36,171 nt of DNA, from contig JAVHPP010000007.1 in the NCBI GenBank assembly GCA_036170655.1, positions 1-36,171 of the forward strand, written 5' to 3'. The stretch is from Candidatus Zixiibacteriota bacterium (GTDB lineage: Bacteria; Zixibacteria; MSB-5A5; WJJR01). The first letter of the stretch is position 1, and each line of letters begins with the position of its first letter. Position numbers and translations under genes: made by a program. Below are positions 27,376-36,171 of this stretch, one piece after another. The notes under the pieces are model-generated. The model did no database searches, was not told where the DNA came from, and saw only the letters and a list, made by a program, of their open reading frames with translations.

Positions 27376-30218
27376 TTTGAGACTGCCTCCAGCGGCGTGA
27401 TCCAGCGACCGTCGACGACCCGTCCCATGCGGACGCGTGTGATTGTTGTCCCTTCCGGCCAGTCCCCCAGAAGCGATTCGACCAGTTCGCGCGGTTTCAC
27501 AGAACGGCCGTGCGGAGAATGAAGAGTCAGGTGCCAGTCGATATGGCCATTATTGGTCGTAAGCGTCCAATCGGCGACGAATTCGGACGCATTGATGGTT
27601 TTGCGCCGCTCCTTTGTGACCCGTTCAATGAGCCAGCCACCGTTGGCGAGTTTGTGCTCAAGCCGCTGCTGGATCACGGCCGCTTCGCCCACCATGGCGC
27701 GGATTACACCCGTCTCGAATGACACTACGTAATCGTATCGGTCAATGGCAATCTCGATTGATGCGGCAGCCTGCGCCAGTCGAACGGCGCCCACAACGCA
27801 AAATCCTTCGTGCAGATTCGCATTCAGCGCATCGGCAAGCCGCGCTGGTTCCCAATCTTCCGTCAGTTCGATATCGAAATACTCGCGCTCCCCTGCCACA
27901 CCCACCGAGAGCGCCGGACCGAACGACATCTTGGGATGTGGATGAAAACCGCCCGAAAACGCGATTGGCCATTTCGCGCGGCGCCCCGCACGCTCGATCA
28001 ACCGCACTGTCTCCAGATGCGAGAGATAGCGCGACAGGCCGGTCTTCGCGTAGCAGATTCTGAGCCGGTAGAGCGGCCCGGGCGTTGGCGCAAAGGGCTG
28101 CGATCCTGTGCCTTCGTAGTCACGGTCTCGCAATGTCGAATCATGCTCCTGAAATTCACCGGTCTCTCGTGCGACAGGGACCGGCAGATTGTCTTTGCCG
28201 AAGGCCTCCAGTTTGGCGAGCTCATCGGTCAGAATCTGACCAGCCGAGGATGCCCCCTCTGCACGCTCGATCGCGATCGCTTTCAGGTCGCAGTCGACCC
28301 CGCAGTCGTAGCAGACCAGCTTGACAACGCCATCCTTTGTTCGCGGCGGATCATGGCGCTTGGGCAGGTACGGTTTCTCGCAGGGATGCGCAAATCGTGA
28401 CCTGAGGCCCCATTTCAAGTCCTTGAGCAGAAATTCCTTTTTCACGCGCGAGTCGATGTGGTCCCAGATCAGCGGTTCATCCGTTGCTAAGGCGGGAAGA
28501 AACTGCTCAGGATCAATGCCGCATGTCGTGAAGGCGTTGCTCCATAAGGATTCCTTGAACCAGTCGCTCCATTCGTCAAAACGAGCTCCGGCACGCCATG
28601 CGGCCTCGATGAGGCGACCCAGCCGCCGGTCCCCCCGTGAAAACACCGCCTCCAATCGCGACAGCCGGACCTCATGGCACTTGAGTTCGATCCCCCGGAA
28701 CGAACGCAGGCGGTCCATCAGCATCCGTTGCTTGCGGATCAGATCATCGGGATTGTTGAATGGCACCCACTGGAAGGTTGAGTGCGCTTTGGGAATCAGC
28801 GATGAAACCGACACGACCACTTTGACTCCCCGTGGCCCGAGCCTCTTGCCAGTCCTCCAAACCCGGATCGCTGTTTCTGCGATCCCCAGCACATCCTCGT
28901 CCGTTTCGGTCGGCAATCCGATCATGAAGTACAACTTGAGGCGTGTCCACCCATTGGAAAAGGCAATCTCGGCGGCGGTATCGATATTCTCATCGGTCAC
29001 ACCCTTGTTGACCACATCTCGCATCCGCTGTGTTCCGGCTTCCGGCGCAATGGTGAAACCTGTCTTGCGCACTTTGGCGATTTCATGGGCAAGTTCCTCA
29101 GTGACACCGTAGACACGCAGCGACGATACCGACATCGCCACACGGCGCATCTGCAATTCTGCCATCACGGCTTTGGCCAAGGGCGTCACACACGAGTAAT
29201 CCGCCGTTGAGAGGGCGGTCAGCGACGCTTCGTCAAACCCCGTCTTGTCAACGCCCTGTACGATCGAATCGATGATCGATGCCGGCGTGCGCTCGCGGAC
29301 CGGACGGTAGATGATCCCCGCCTGGCAAAATCGGCACCCTTCCGTGCAGCCGCGCGCGATCTCGACGGCGACACGGTCGTGCACGATATCGGTCTGCGGG
29401 ACCAGAATGTCTGCGGGAAAGGGGAAACGGTTGATATCCTCAAGCAGCGCCTTTCTGACTGGGTACGGCGCTCCTGCGGTGGGACGGACATGAATAAAGC
29501 CGGTGACTGCGCTTTCGCGCGTTTCATACAGGACGGGTGCATAGATGCCGTCGAGCTCTCCCGCTATCTGCCTCAACCGTTCCAGCCGCCCGACGCCCTG
29601 TGTCTTAAGTTCGTGATCCCGGTGCAGAAAACGCGCGAACGCCTCTTCGCCATCGCCGATGAGGAAGGCATCGATGAAATCGGACATCGGTTCCGGATTA
29701 AAGACCACCGGCCCTCCGGCCATGACCAGGGGGTCCCTCTCGCCGCGTTCCCAGCGATGGAGCGGGATCCTGCTCAGATCCAGCATCGTCAGCACATTGG
29801 AATGGCTCATTTCCGATTGCAGCGAGAATCCCACGACATCGAATTCGCGAAGCGGTGTCCGTGTCTCCACAGAGAAAAGCGGCAATCCGCTGCGGCGCAG
29901 GCGCTCTTCCATGTCCGGGAATGGACAATAGGCCCGCTCGACATAGATCGCATCGTCCTTGTTCAAATGGGCATACAGGATGCGCAGTCCCAAGTGCGAC
30001 ATCCCAATCTCGTAAGAATCGGGGAAGGCAAGGCAGGCCCGGATCGTCACCGACGACGGGTCTTTCACCACGCGGTGGAGTTCTCCGCCGATATAGCGCC
30101 CCGGCTTCTGCACTCTATCCAGCAGCCGCGCCAGCGTCTGATCATCGATGGTGGACGACCGGCTGACAGCGCGAGCTTTTTCCGTTGGCTGTGCCAAGAT
30201 CTGTTCTGTGGTGGTCAT
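27372..30218 (-). CDS. TIGR03960-type radical SAM protein fused to a C-terminal TIGR03936/DUF2344 domain
   Basis: VQKPGRYIGGE, FPDSYEIGMSHLG, NPEPMSDFID, EIARGCTEGCRFCQAG..YRPVRER, APEAGTQRMR, KLYFMIGLPTE; C-terminal RYLSHLE..R and FSGGFHPHPKMSF..ALSVG. Confidence 0.88.
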   Translation of the reverse strand: MTTTEQILAQPTEKARAVSRSSTIDDQTLARLLDRVQKPGRYIGGELHRVVKDPSSVTIRACLAFPDSYEIGMSHLGLRILYAHLNKDDAIYVERAYCPFPDMEERLRRSGLPLFSVETRTPLREFDVVGFSLQSEMSHSNVLTMLDLSRIPLHRWERGERDPLVMAGGPVVFNPEPMSDFIDAFLIGDGEEAFARFLHRDHELKTQGVGRLERLRQIAGELDGIYAPVLYETRESAVTGFIHVRPTAGAPYPVRKALLEDINRFPFPADILVPQTDIVHDRVAVEIARGCTEGCRFCQAGIIYRPVRERTPASIIDSIVQGVDKTGFDEASLTALSTADYSCVTPLAKAVMAELQMRRVAMSVSSLRVYGVTEELAHEIAKVRKTGFTIAPEAGTQRMRDVVNKGVTDENIDTAAEIAFSNGWTRLKLYFMIGLPTETDEDVLGIAETAIRVWRTGKRLGPRGVKVVVSVSSLIPKAHSTFQWVPFNNPDDLIRKQRMLMDRLRSFRGIELKCHEVRLSRLEAVFSRGDRRLGRLIEAAWRAGARFDEWSDWFKESLWSNAFTTCGIDPEQFLPALATDEPLIWDHIDSRVKKEFLLKDLKWGLRSRFAHPCEKPYLPKRHDPPRTKDGVVKLVCYDCGVDCDLKAIAIERAEGASSAGQILTDELAKLEAFGKDNLPVPVARETGEFQEHDSTLRDRDYEGTGSQPFAPTPGPLYRLRICYAKTGLSRYLSHLETVRLIERAGRRAKWPIAFSGGFHPHPKMSFGPALSVGVAGEREYFDIELTEDWEPARLADALNANLHEGFCVVGAVRLAQAAASIEIAIDRYDYVVSFETGVIRAMVGEAAVIQQRLEHKLANGGWLIERVTKERRKTINASEFVADWTLTTNNGHIDWHLTLHSPHGRSVKPRELVESLLGDWPEGTTITRVRMGRVVDGRWITPLEAVSK

Positions 30219-30304
30219 GGTCGTGCTTCGCGCCGGCGCTCCGGTGTTCCCCCGTCGGAGATCATGCCAGGTATCTGTTCAAACGATAGTTGCGTGACCA
30301 CGTG

Positions 30305-30853
30305 CTACTCCGGTGCTGTGGGCTCGGCCACCCAATACCGTTCGAATTCTTTAAGATACGACAGTGTAGAGAAATCCCGCATCCGGTCGAGAAAGACAAT
30401 CCCATTGAGGTGGTCGACTTCATGCTGATAAACGACGGCCGGGAACCCTTCCACTTCACGATCAATGCGGTTCCCATCGCGATCCAGCCCGCGGAGACGG
30501 ATCTTGCCGATGCGCGGGACGCGGCCTCGGAAATCCGGAACGGAGAGGCAGCCCTCGAAAAAAGAGATCTCTTCGTCCGTGAGAAAAGTGATCTCCGGAT
30601 TGATAACGACCCCGCGCGGCACCAGAAGACCCCCCTCGTTTTCCGAGTCCGGTGACTCTTCGGTGACCAAAAGCTGAAGCGAGACATGGACTTGCGGGGC
30701 GGCCAAGCCCACCCCGCCACAGTCGGCCATCGTCTCAAACATATCATCAATCAACCCCTGGATCTCTGGGGTCTTAATCTGGCTCTCGCTGACCCGGTCA
30801 GCGACACGGCGCAGGACCGGGTGTCCCAGTTTCGCGACTTTCAGTATGGCCAT
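30305..30853 (-). CDS. def: Peptide deformylase
   Basis: GVGLAAPQ, EGCLS, QHEVDHLNG. Confidence 0.97.
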   Translation of the reverse strand: MAILKVAKLGHPVLRRVADRVSESQIKTPEIQGLIDDMFETMADCGGVGLAAPQVHVSLQLLVTEESPDSENEGGLLVPRGVVINPEITFLTDEEISFFEGCLSVPDFRGRVPRIGKIRLRGLDRDGNRIDREVEGFPAVVYQHEVDHLNGIVFLDRMRDFSTLSYLKEFERYWVAEPTAPE

Positions 30854-30909
30854 GGGCTATCCTTACGCGTTGTTGTCACTCCCGTCTCCATCCTTCCAAT
30901 CTAAGAGAA

Positions 30910-30938
30910 TTGAGACTGGCTGGCACGATAAAGATAAT
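30910..30938 (+). promoter_or_regulatory. Candidate sigma70 promoter for nifJ
   Basis: TTGAGA, 17-nt spacer, GATAAT (each 5/6 to consensus) in the AT-rich part of the def-nifJ gap. Confidence 0.5.
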
Positions 30939-31205
30939 ACGACAAAAACAGTCTCTCAATGAGGTAATCTCGAATTTCAGCCCAGTGGCTCGGTCTGCAG
31001 CGTCTCCGAAACCACTGGAATGGTCAAGAAAGTGCCCGTCTTTTTCCCTTGGGCTCATGCAAATTGTTTCTAAGGCCCTTTTTGACACGCACCTTGAGGA
31101 CGATCTCGTAGATTGGGAAGTAGCGGGGTCTAAAGGGGGCTCTCTGCCGCACAGATGTGTCTGTGCCACCCGCTTGGACAGGGCAACAGGACAGGGGAGA
31201 TCAGC

Positions 31206-34200
31206 ATGTCACGGAAGTTCAAGACCATCGATGGAAACGAAGCGGCGGCACTGACCGCCTTTCACACGAATGAGGTTATCGCCATCTACCCGATCACGCC
31301 ATCGTCCCCCATGGGGGAACTGTCTGATGCCTGGGCGGTGGCCGAGGAGCCAAACATCTGGGGCACGTCCCCACTGGTTGTCGAGATGCAGAGCGAGGGA
31401 GGCGCGGCGGGGGCTGTGCACGGGGCCCTGCAGACGGGTGCGCTGACCACCACCTTCACATCGTCGCAAGGGTTGTTGCTGATGATCCCCAACATGTATA
31501 AGATTGCCGGGGAACTCACAGCGACGGTCTTTCATGTCGCGGCGCGCACGGTTGCAGCCCAGGCGCTGTCCATCTTCGGTGACCACGGTGATGTCATGGC
31601 GACGCGCGGCACGGGATTCGCGCTCCTCGCGTCATGTTCTGTTCAGGAAGCGCATGACTTCGCGCTGATTGCCCAGGCCGCAACGCTGGAATCGCGTGTT
31701 CCCTTCCTACACTTCTTTGATGGTTTCCGCACTTCGCATGAGGTGCAAAAGATCGAATTGTTGGACACGGAAACGATGCGTTCCCTACTTGACGAAGACT
31801 TGATTTTTGCCCATCGCGCCCGGGCGCTGTCCCCCGATCATCCGGTCCTGCGCGGCTCGGCTCAGAATCCGGATGTCTTTTTCCAGGCGCGGGAGTCGGT
31901 CAACACGATCTACAACGCCTGCCCGGGAATCGTCCAGCGCGCGATGGACAAGTTCGGTCGGCTGACAGGGCGCCACTACCGGCTCTTCGACTATGCCGGC
32001 GCGCCCGATGCGGAGCGTGTCATTGTCATCATTGGCTCCGGGGCCGAAACTACTCGCGAGACCGTCGATTTCCTCAGGACCCGCGGAGAACGAGTGGGTG
32101 TGCTAATCCCGCGCCTCTACCGCCCGTTTGATGCCGATGCTTTGGTGCAGGCGCTGCCGAAAACTGCACGCACGATCGCCGTCCTCGATCGCACCAAGGA
32201 ACCCGGCAGCGCGGGCGAACCACTCTATCTGGACGTCGTGTCGGCCATCAGCGAAAACGAGAGCTTCGGTGTTCCCCACTTCCAGAGTCATCCGCGTGTG
32301 ATTGGCGGCCGTTATGGTCTCTCGTCGAAGGAATTCACGCCGGCCATGGTCAAAGCGGTCTTCGATGAAATGAAGGGAGACAAGCCCAAGAATCACTTCA
32401 CCATTGGCATCAACGATGATGTCACCCACACCAGCCTGGTTTGGGATGCTTCTTTTCGAACCGAGGCGAAAGGCCAGTTTGCCGCTGTCTTCTTCGGTCT
32501 GGGTTCCGACGGCACCGTCGGCGCCAACAAGAACAGCATCAAGATCATCGGCGAAGGCACGGAAAACTTTGCGCAGGGGTACTTTGTCTACGATTCGAAG
32601 AAAGCCGGTTCGGTCACGGTTTCGCACTTGCGTTTTGGTCCCGAACCCATTCGTTCGGCCTATCTGATCGACGAGGCGCAGTTTGTCGGGTGCCATCAGT
32701 TCGTTTTCCTGGAGCGTTATGACATCCTCAAGTATGCCGTCGAGGGAGCGACATTCCTCCTAAACAGCCCGTATGATTCCGAGAACGTCTGGGACCGCAT
32801 CCCGCGTGTCGTGCAAGAACAGATCATCGCGAAGAAAGTCCGTTTCTATGTGATCGATGCCTACAAGGTCGCCCAAGAGTCGGGCATGGGCGGGCGCATC
32901 AATGCGGTGATGCAGACCTGTTTCTTTGCCATCTCGGGCGTCCTTCCCCATGACGAGGCCATCAAGAGAATCAAAGACGCCATCCAGCACACTTACGGGA
33001 GCAAAGGCGACGAGGTCGTGAAGATGAACTTCGAAGCCGTCGACCGCACGCTCGAGAACCTGCACGAGGTCCGCGTGCCGAGTCAGGTGACCAGCGCGAT
33101 TGAGATTCCCGCTGTCGTCCCGGATTACGCGCCCGAGTTTGTGCGCAAGGTGACCGGGCCCATGATTGCCGGGTTGGGAGACGCACTGCCGGTCAGTGCG
33201 ATGCCGCCTGATGGCACCTATCCGCTGGGGACAACGAAGTGGGAAAAGCGGAACATCGCCCAGGAGATACCGGTCTGGGATCCTGATGTGTGCATCGCCT
33301 GCGGGAAATGCGCAATGGTGTGTCCCCACGGTGTCATTCGCATCAAAGTATATGATCCGAAGTACCTGAACGATGCGCCGCCAACGTTCAAGTCGTTTGA
33401 TGCGAAGGATCGCGAGTGGGCCGGCTTGAAATATACCATTCAGGTCGCTCCGGAAGATTGCACCGGCTGCAGTCTCTGTTTCGATGTCTGCCCTGCCAAG
33501 AATAAGTCTGAGACGCGGCTCAAGGCGCTTAATATGCGGCCAGTGGATCCGCTGCGTGAACCAGAGCGAGCCAACTGGGATTTCTTCCTCAGGATTCCCG
33601 AATTGGACCGCAACCAGGTGCACCATTCCACCGTGCGCCAGTCACAGGTTCTTGAACCCCTGTTCGAGTTCTCCGGCGCCTGCGCAGGGTGCGGCGAAAC
33701 ACCCTACATCAAACTTGTGACCCAGCTTTTCGGTGATCGCGCCCTGATTGCCAATGCCACCGGCTGTTCGTCCATCTATGGCGGGAATCTCCCCACGACG
33801 CCATACACAGTTAATGCGGATGGCCGGGGACCCGCGTGGTCAAATTCACTGTTCGAAGACAACGCCGAGTTCGGTATGGGATTTCGGCTGACGATCGACA
33901 AACATACCGAGTGGGCGCGCCAACTCCTGCGCACGCTCGAACCCGAAGTCGGTTCGTCGCTGGTTGCGGAGATCCTCTCTGCCGAACAGAAGGATGAGGC
34001 GGACATTTTTGAACAACGAGAACGTGTCCAGATCCTGAAGAGCAAATTGCAGGCGATCACTTCTGACGACGCTCGTCGTCTGCTGAGCGTTGCCGACATG
34101 CTCGTGAAAAAGAGCGTCTGGATCATCGGCGGTGATGGCTGGGCTTACGACATCGGATACGGCGGGCTCGATCATGTGCTGGCTTCCGGACGGAATGTCA

Positions 34201-34808
34201 ACGTGCTCGTCCTCGACACGGAGGTCTATTCAAACACCGGTGGGCAGATGTCCAAATCGACACCCCGGGCGGCGGTGGCGAAGTTCGCCGCGGCGGGCAA
34301 GACCACCCGCAAGAAGGATCTCGCGCTCTTGGGAACGATGTATGGCAACGTCTATGTTGCGCGGGTGGCCATGGGCGCCAAGGATGAGCATACACTGCGT
34401 TCGTTCCTCGAAGCGGAATCGTTCGACGGGCCTTCGATGATTGTGGCCTATGCGCAATGTATTGCCCATGGCATTGACATGACTAAAGGGATGCAGAACC
34501 AGAAGGCAGCCGTCGCCTCCGGTCACTGGCCGCTCTTCCGGTATGATCCGCGCCGGGCCAGCGCCGGGGAAAACCCTCTCATGCTGGATTCCGGGCGACC
34601 CAAGATTCCCTTGGCCGACTATCTCAGCATGGAAAATCGCTACAAGATGCTGACCAAAAGTCACCCGGCGTCCGCCAAACGTCTCTGGAAGATGGCGCAA
34701 GATGACGTCGATCAACGCTGGCAGTTCTACCAACGTCTGGCCGAAGGAGAGACCAAGCCGGCGGTGGCGCCAAAGTCCGCGCCGCCTGTTCTGCAAACGT
34801 CCAGATAA
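31206..34808 (+). CDS. nifJ: Pyruvate:ferredoxin (flavodoxin) oxidoreductase, single-chain type
   Basis: YPITPSS, EMQSEGGAAG, GLGSDGTVGANK, ferredoxin motifs CIACGKC...CP and CTGCSLC...CP, ACAGCGE, TPP motif GGDG..YDIG. Start ATG 31206 after GGGGAG. Confidence 0.97.
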   Translation: MSRKFKTIDGNEAAALTAFHTNEVIAIYPITPSSPMGELSDAWAVAEEPNIWGTSPLVVEMQSEGGAAGAVHGALQTGALTTTFTSSQGLLLMIPNMYKIAGELTATVFHVAARTVAAQALSIFGDHGDVMATRGTGFALLASCSVQEAHDFALIAQAATLESRVPFLHFFDGFRTSHEVQKIELLDTETMRSLLDEDLIFAHRARALSPDHPVLRGSAQNPDVFFQARESVNTIYNACPGIVQRAMDKFGRLTGRHYRLFDYAGAPDAERVIVIIGSGAETTRETVDFLRTRGERVGVLIPRLYRPFDADALVQALPKTARTIAVLDRTKEPGSAGEPLYLDVVSAISENESFGVPHFQSHPRVIGGRYGLSSKEFTPAMVKAVFDEMKGDKPKNHFTIGINDDVTHTSLVWDASFRTEAKGQFAAVFFGLGSDGTVGANKNSIKIIGEGTENFAQGYFVYDSKKAGSVTVSHLRFGPEPIRSAYLIDEAQFVGCHQFVFLERYDILKYAVEGATFLLNSPYDSENVWDRIPRVVQEQIIAKKVRFYVIDAYKVAQESGMGGRINAVMQTCFFAISGVLPHDEAIKRIKDAIQHTYGSKGDEVVKMNFEAVDRTLENLHEVRVPSQVTSAIEIPAVVPDYAPEFVRKVTGPMIAGLGDALPVSAMPPDGTYPLGTTKWEKRNIAQEIPVWDPDVCIACGKCAMVCPHGVIRIKVYDPKYLNDAPPTFKSFDAKDREWAGLKYTIQVAPEDCTGCSLCFDVCPAKNKSETRLKALNMRPVDPLREPERANWDFFLRIPELDRNQVHHSTVRQSQVLEPLFEFSGACAGCGETPYIKLVTQLFGDRALIANATGCSSIYGGNLPTTPYTVNADGRGPAWSNSLFEDNAEFGMGFRLTIDKHTEWARQLLRTLEPEVGSSLVAEILSAEQKDEADIFEQRERVQILKSKLQAITSDDARRLLSVADMLVKKSVWIIGGDGWAYDIGYGGLDHVLASGRNVNVLVLDTEVYSNTGGQMSKSTPRAAVAKFAAAGKTTRKKDLALLGTMYGNVYVARVAMGAKDEHTLRSFLEAESFDGPSMIVAYAQCIAHGIDMTKGMQNQKAAVASGHWPLFRYDPRRASAGENPLMLDSGRPKIPLADYLSMENRYKMLTKSHPASAKRLWKMAQDDVDQRWQFYQRLAEGETKPAVAPKSAPPVLQTSR

Positions 34809-34813
34809 CGTGC

Positions 34814-34862
34814 CCGCCGGACCTGTTCTTCTCAGGGGACTTTGAGGGCAGCATTCCGGCGG
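34814..34862 (+). other. Stable intergenic hairpin between nifJ and the DHODH-like gene
   Basis: CCGCCGGA / TCCGGCGG closing stem plus CTGTTCT / AGGGCAG; no U-tract. Confidence 0.55.
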
Positions 34863-34890
34863 CCTACCGACAAGCATCGGAGTGCACACG

Positions 34891-35892
34891 ATGATCGATC
34901 TCTCGACCACCTACATGGGACGTTCGTTGGCCAACCCGCTGGTTCCCTCAGCGTCACCGTTGTCAGATGAAACCGATGACATTCGACGGATGGAGGATGC
35001 AGGCGCGGCCGCCGTCGTGCTTCACTCCTTGTTTGAGGAACAGCTTACGAAGGACCGGCTCGAATTGCACCACCATCTGACTCAGGGGACCGAGAGCTAT
35101 CCCGAGGCACTGACATACTTCCCCGAACTGCCCCAATGTCATCTTGGCCCGGAGGGATACCTCGAACACATCCGGGCGGCCAAAGCCGCGGTGCGTATTC
35201 CGATCATCGCCAGTCTCAACGGATGTACTCCGGGTGGCTGGACCAGCTTCGCTCACCAGATTCAGCAGGCCGGGGCCGACGCGATTGAACTGAATGTGTA
35301 CTATCTGCCGACGGATCTGGAGACGCCGGGGAGTGTGGTCGAGCAGACATGCATCGACATCCTTACCGCCGTGAAATCATCGGTTACGATTCCTGTCGCC
35401 ACCAAACTGTCGCCCTACTATAGTTCGATGGCCAACATGGCGCACCGGCTCGACATGGCTGGTGCCGATGCCCTCGTGCTTTTCAATCGCTTCTACCAGC
35501 CGGATGTCGACCTCGAGGCGCTCGAAGTCGTCCCCCATGTTCTGCTCAGCGGGCCGCAGGCGTTGCGTCTTCCCCTGCGCTGGGTTGCGATTCTGCATGG
35601 GCGGGTCAATGCCAGTCTCGCCGCGACCAGCGGCATCCACGAAGCCTCTGACGTTCTCAAGATGCTCATGGCTGGTGCCGATGTGACCATGCTCTGCGCA
35701 ACCCTCATGCGAAATGGAATCGGTCACATTCGGAAGATTCTCGACGACATGCGCGACTGGATGGAAACCCACGAGTACGAATCAGTTCGCCAGATGCAGG
35801 GCAGTATGAGCTGCGCCCATGTCGAAAATCCCGCCGCGTTCGAACGTGTCCAATACATGAAGGCATTGCAGAAGATCCCCTCCCTCGACTGA
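34891..35892 (+). CDS. Dihydroorotate dehydrogenase-like flavoprotein (nifJ-associated type)
   Basis: DLSTTYMG..LANPLVPSASPL, AVVLHSLFEEQ, IASLNG, GADAIELN, KLSPY, LFNRFYQPD, LAATSGIH, ERVQYMKAL. ATG 34891 behind GGAG. Confidence 0.88.
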   Translation: MIDLSTTYMGRSLANPLVPSASPLSDETDDIRRMEDAGAAAVVLHSLFEEQLTKDRLELHHHLTQGTESYPEALTYFPELPQCHLGPEGYLEHIRAAKAAVRIPIIASLNGCTPGGWTSFAHQIQQAGADAIELNVYYLPTDLETPGSVVEQTCIDILTAVKSSVTIPVATKLSPYYSSMANMAHRLDMAGADALVLFNRFYQPDVDLEALEVVPHVLLSGPQALRLPLRWVAILHGRVNASLAATSGIHEASDVLKMLMAGADVTMLCATLMRNGIGHIRKILDDMRDWMETHEYESVRQMQGSMSCAHVENPAAFERVQYMKALQKIPSLD

Positions 35893-35908
35893 CCGCGCCC
35901 CGCGAGTG

Positions 35909-36059
35909 CGTCCGCAGACTCGACCGCCCGACCCCGATCAGCCAACGGGTTTACGCTTGACTTCACGCCCAATTCGCCGTACAAAAGGCAGCCATGCCCC
36001 TGACTTACGGGGCCGCTGATCGGGGCAATCGGGCTGCCTTGGTCTTTGTGAGTTTGGAC

Positions 36060-36060
<1 letters not shown>
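35909..36060. repeat. Long interrupted inverted repeat enclosing the tRNA promoter
   Basis: CCCCGATCAGC/GCTGATCGGGG (11 bp perfect), GCCCGA/TCGGGC, GACC/GGTC, CAGACTC/GAGTTTG, CGTC/GACG, all in nested order. Confidence 0.7.
35957..35985 (+). promoter_or_regulatory. Candidate sigma70 promoter for tRNA-Glu
   Basis: TTGACT, 17-nt spacer, TACAAA, then a GC-rich discriminator-like GGCAGCC. Confidence 0.55.
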
Positions 36061-36137
<77 letters not shown>

Positions 36138-36171
36138 GTTTTCCGCGAAACCCGCTCCCGTTTTTCTGCAG

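Noticed and set aside
30921..30936. TGGCACG resembling a sigma54 -24 box upstream of nifJ
   Set aside because: The -12 TTGC element is missing (sequence reads ATAAAGAT).
31057..31074. Possible Rex/FNR-like box upstream of nifJ (CATGCAAATTGTTTCTAA)
   Set aside because: Poor dyad symmetry and too few matches to TTGTGAA-N4-TTCACAA or TTGAT-N4-ATCAA.
31082..31114. Perfect TTGACA followed by TAGATT
   Set aside because: The spacer is 21 nt, too long for sigma70, so it is not called as a promoter.
210..35772. Many long antisense or alternate-frame ORFs in the track (e.g. 6550-7512, 9253-10065, 25822-26748, 29379-30428, 32760-33626)
   Set aside because: They overlap well-identified conserved genes, show no recognisable motifs, and are expected shadows in GC-rich coding DNA.
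35893..36059. Naming the long hairpin as 6S or SRP RNA
   Set aside because: No SRP domain IV motif on either strand, and the fold is a long stem with a multibranched end rather than a clear central bubble. Left unnamed pending cmscan.
36138..36171. Possible integration site or terminator after tRNA-Glu
   Set aside because: Only 34 nt are visible, with no integrase or duplicated tRNA 3' end recognised in the window.

Overview
Housekeeping region of a GC-rich, probably anaerobic bacterium. Gene order (fusA directly followed by rpsJ, no tuf) and protein style suggest an FCB-associated lineage such as Zixibacteria, but this is inference only. Bases 1-17.2 kb hold the 3' part of fusA and a complete S10-spc-alpha ribosomal superoperon (rpsJ to rplQ, with secY, adk, map, infA, rpmJ, rpoA) ending in an intrinsic terminator. 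Next come a small orphan membrane-anchored ORF, deoB, deoC, a convergent class A PBP, tyrS, and prfB with its +1 programmed frameshift. A minus-strand cluster follows: def, an uncharacterised radical SAM/DUF2344 fusion, mtaB and miaB. The window ends with PFOR (nifJ), a DHODH-like flavoprotein and tRNA-Glu(TTC). No mobile elements, CRISPR arrays or defence genes were seen. Best leads: (1) the TIGR03960/TIGR03936-type radical SAM fusion overlaps mtaB and precedes miaB, pointing to an unassigned RNA-modification role; (2) a ~150-nt interrupted inverted repeat wraps the tRNA-Glu promoter, with similar promoter-enclosing repeats upstream of rpsJ and nifJ; (3) UUG starts in the superoperon appear confined to 30S-protein genes and IF-1. 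Family assignments come from recalled motifs, not database searches.
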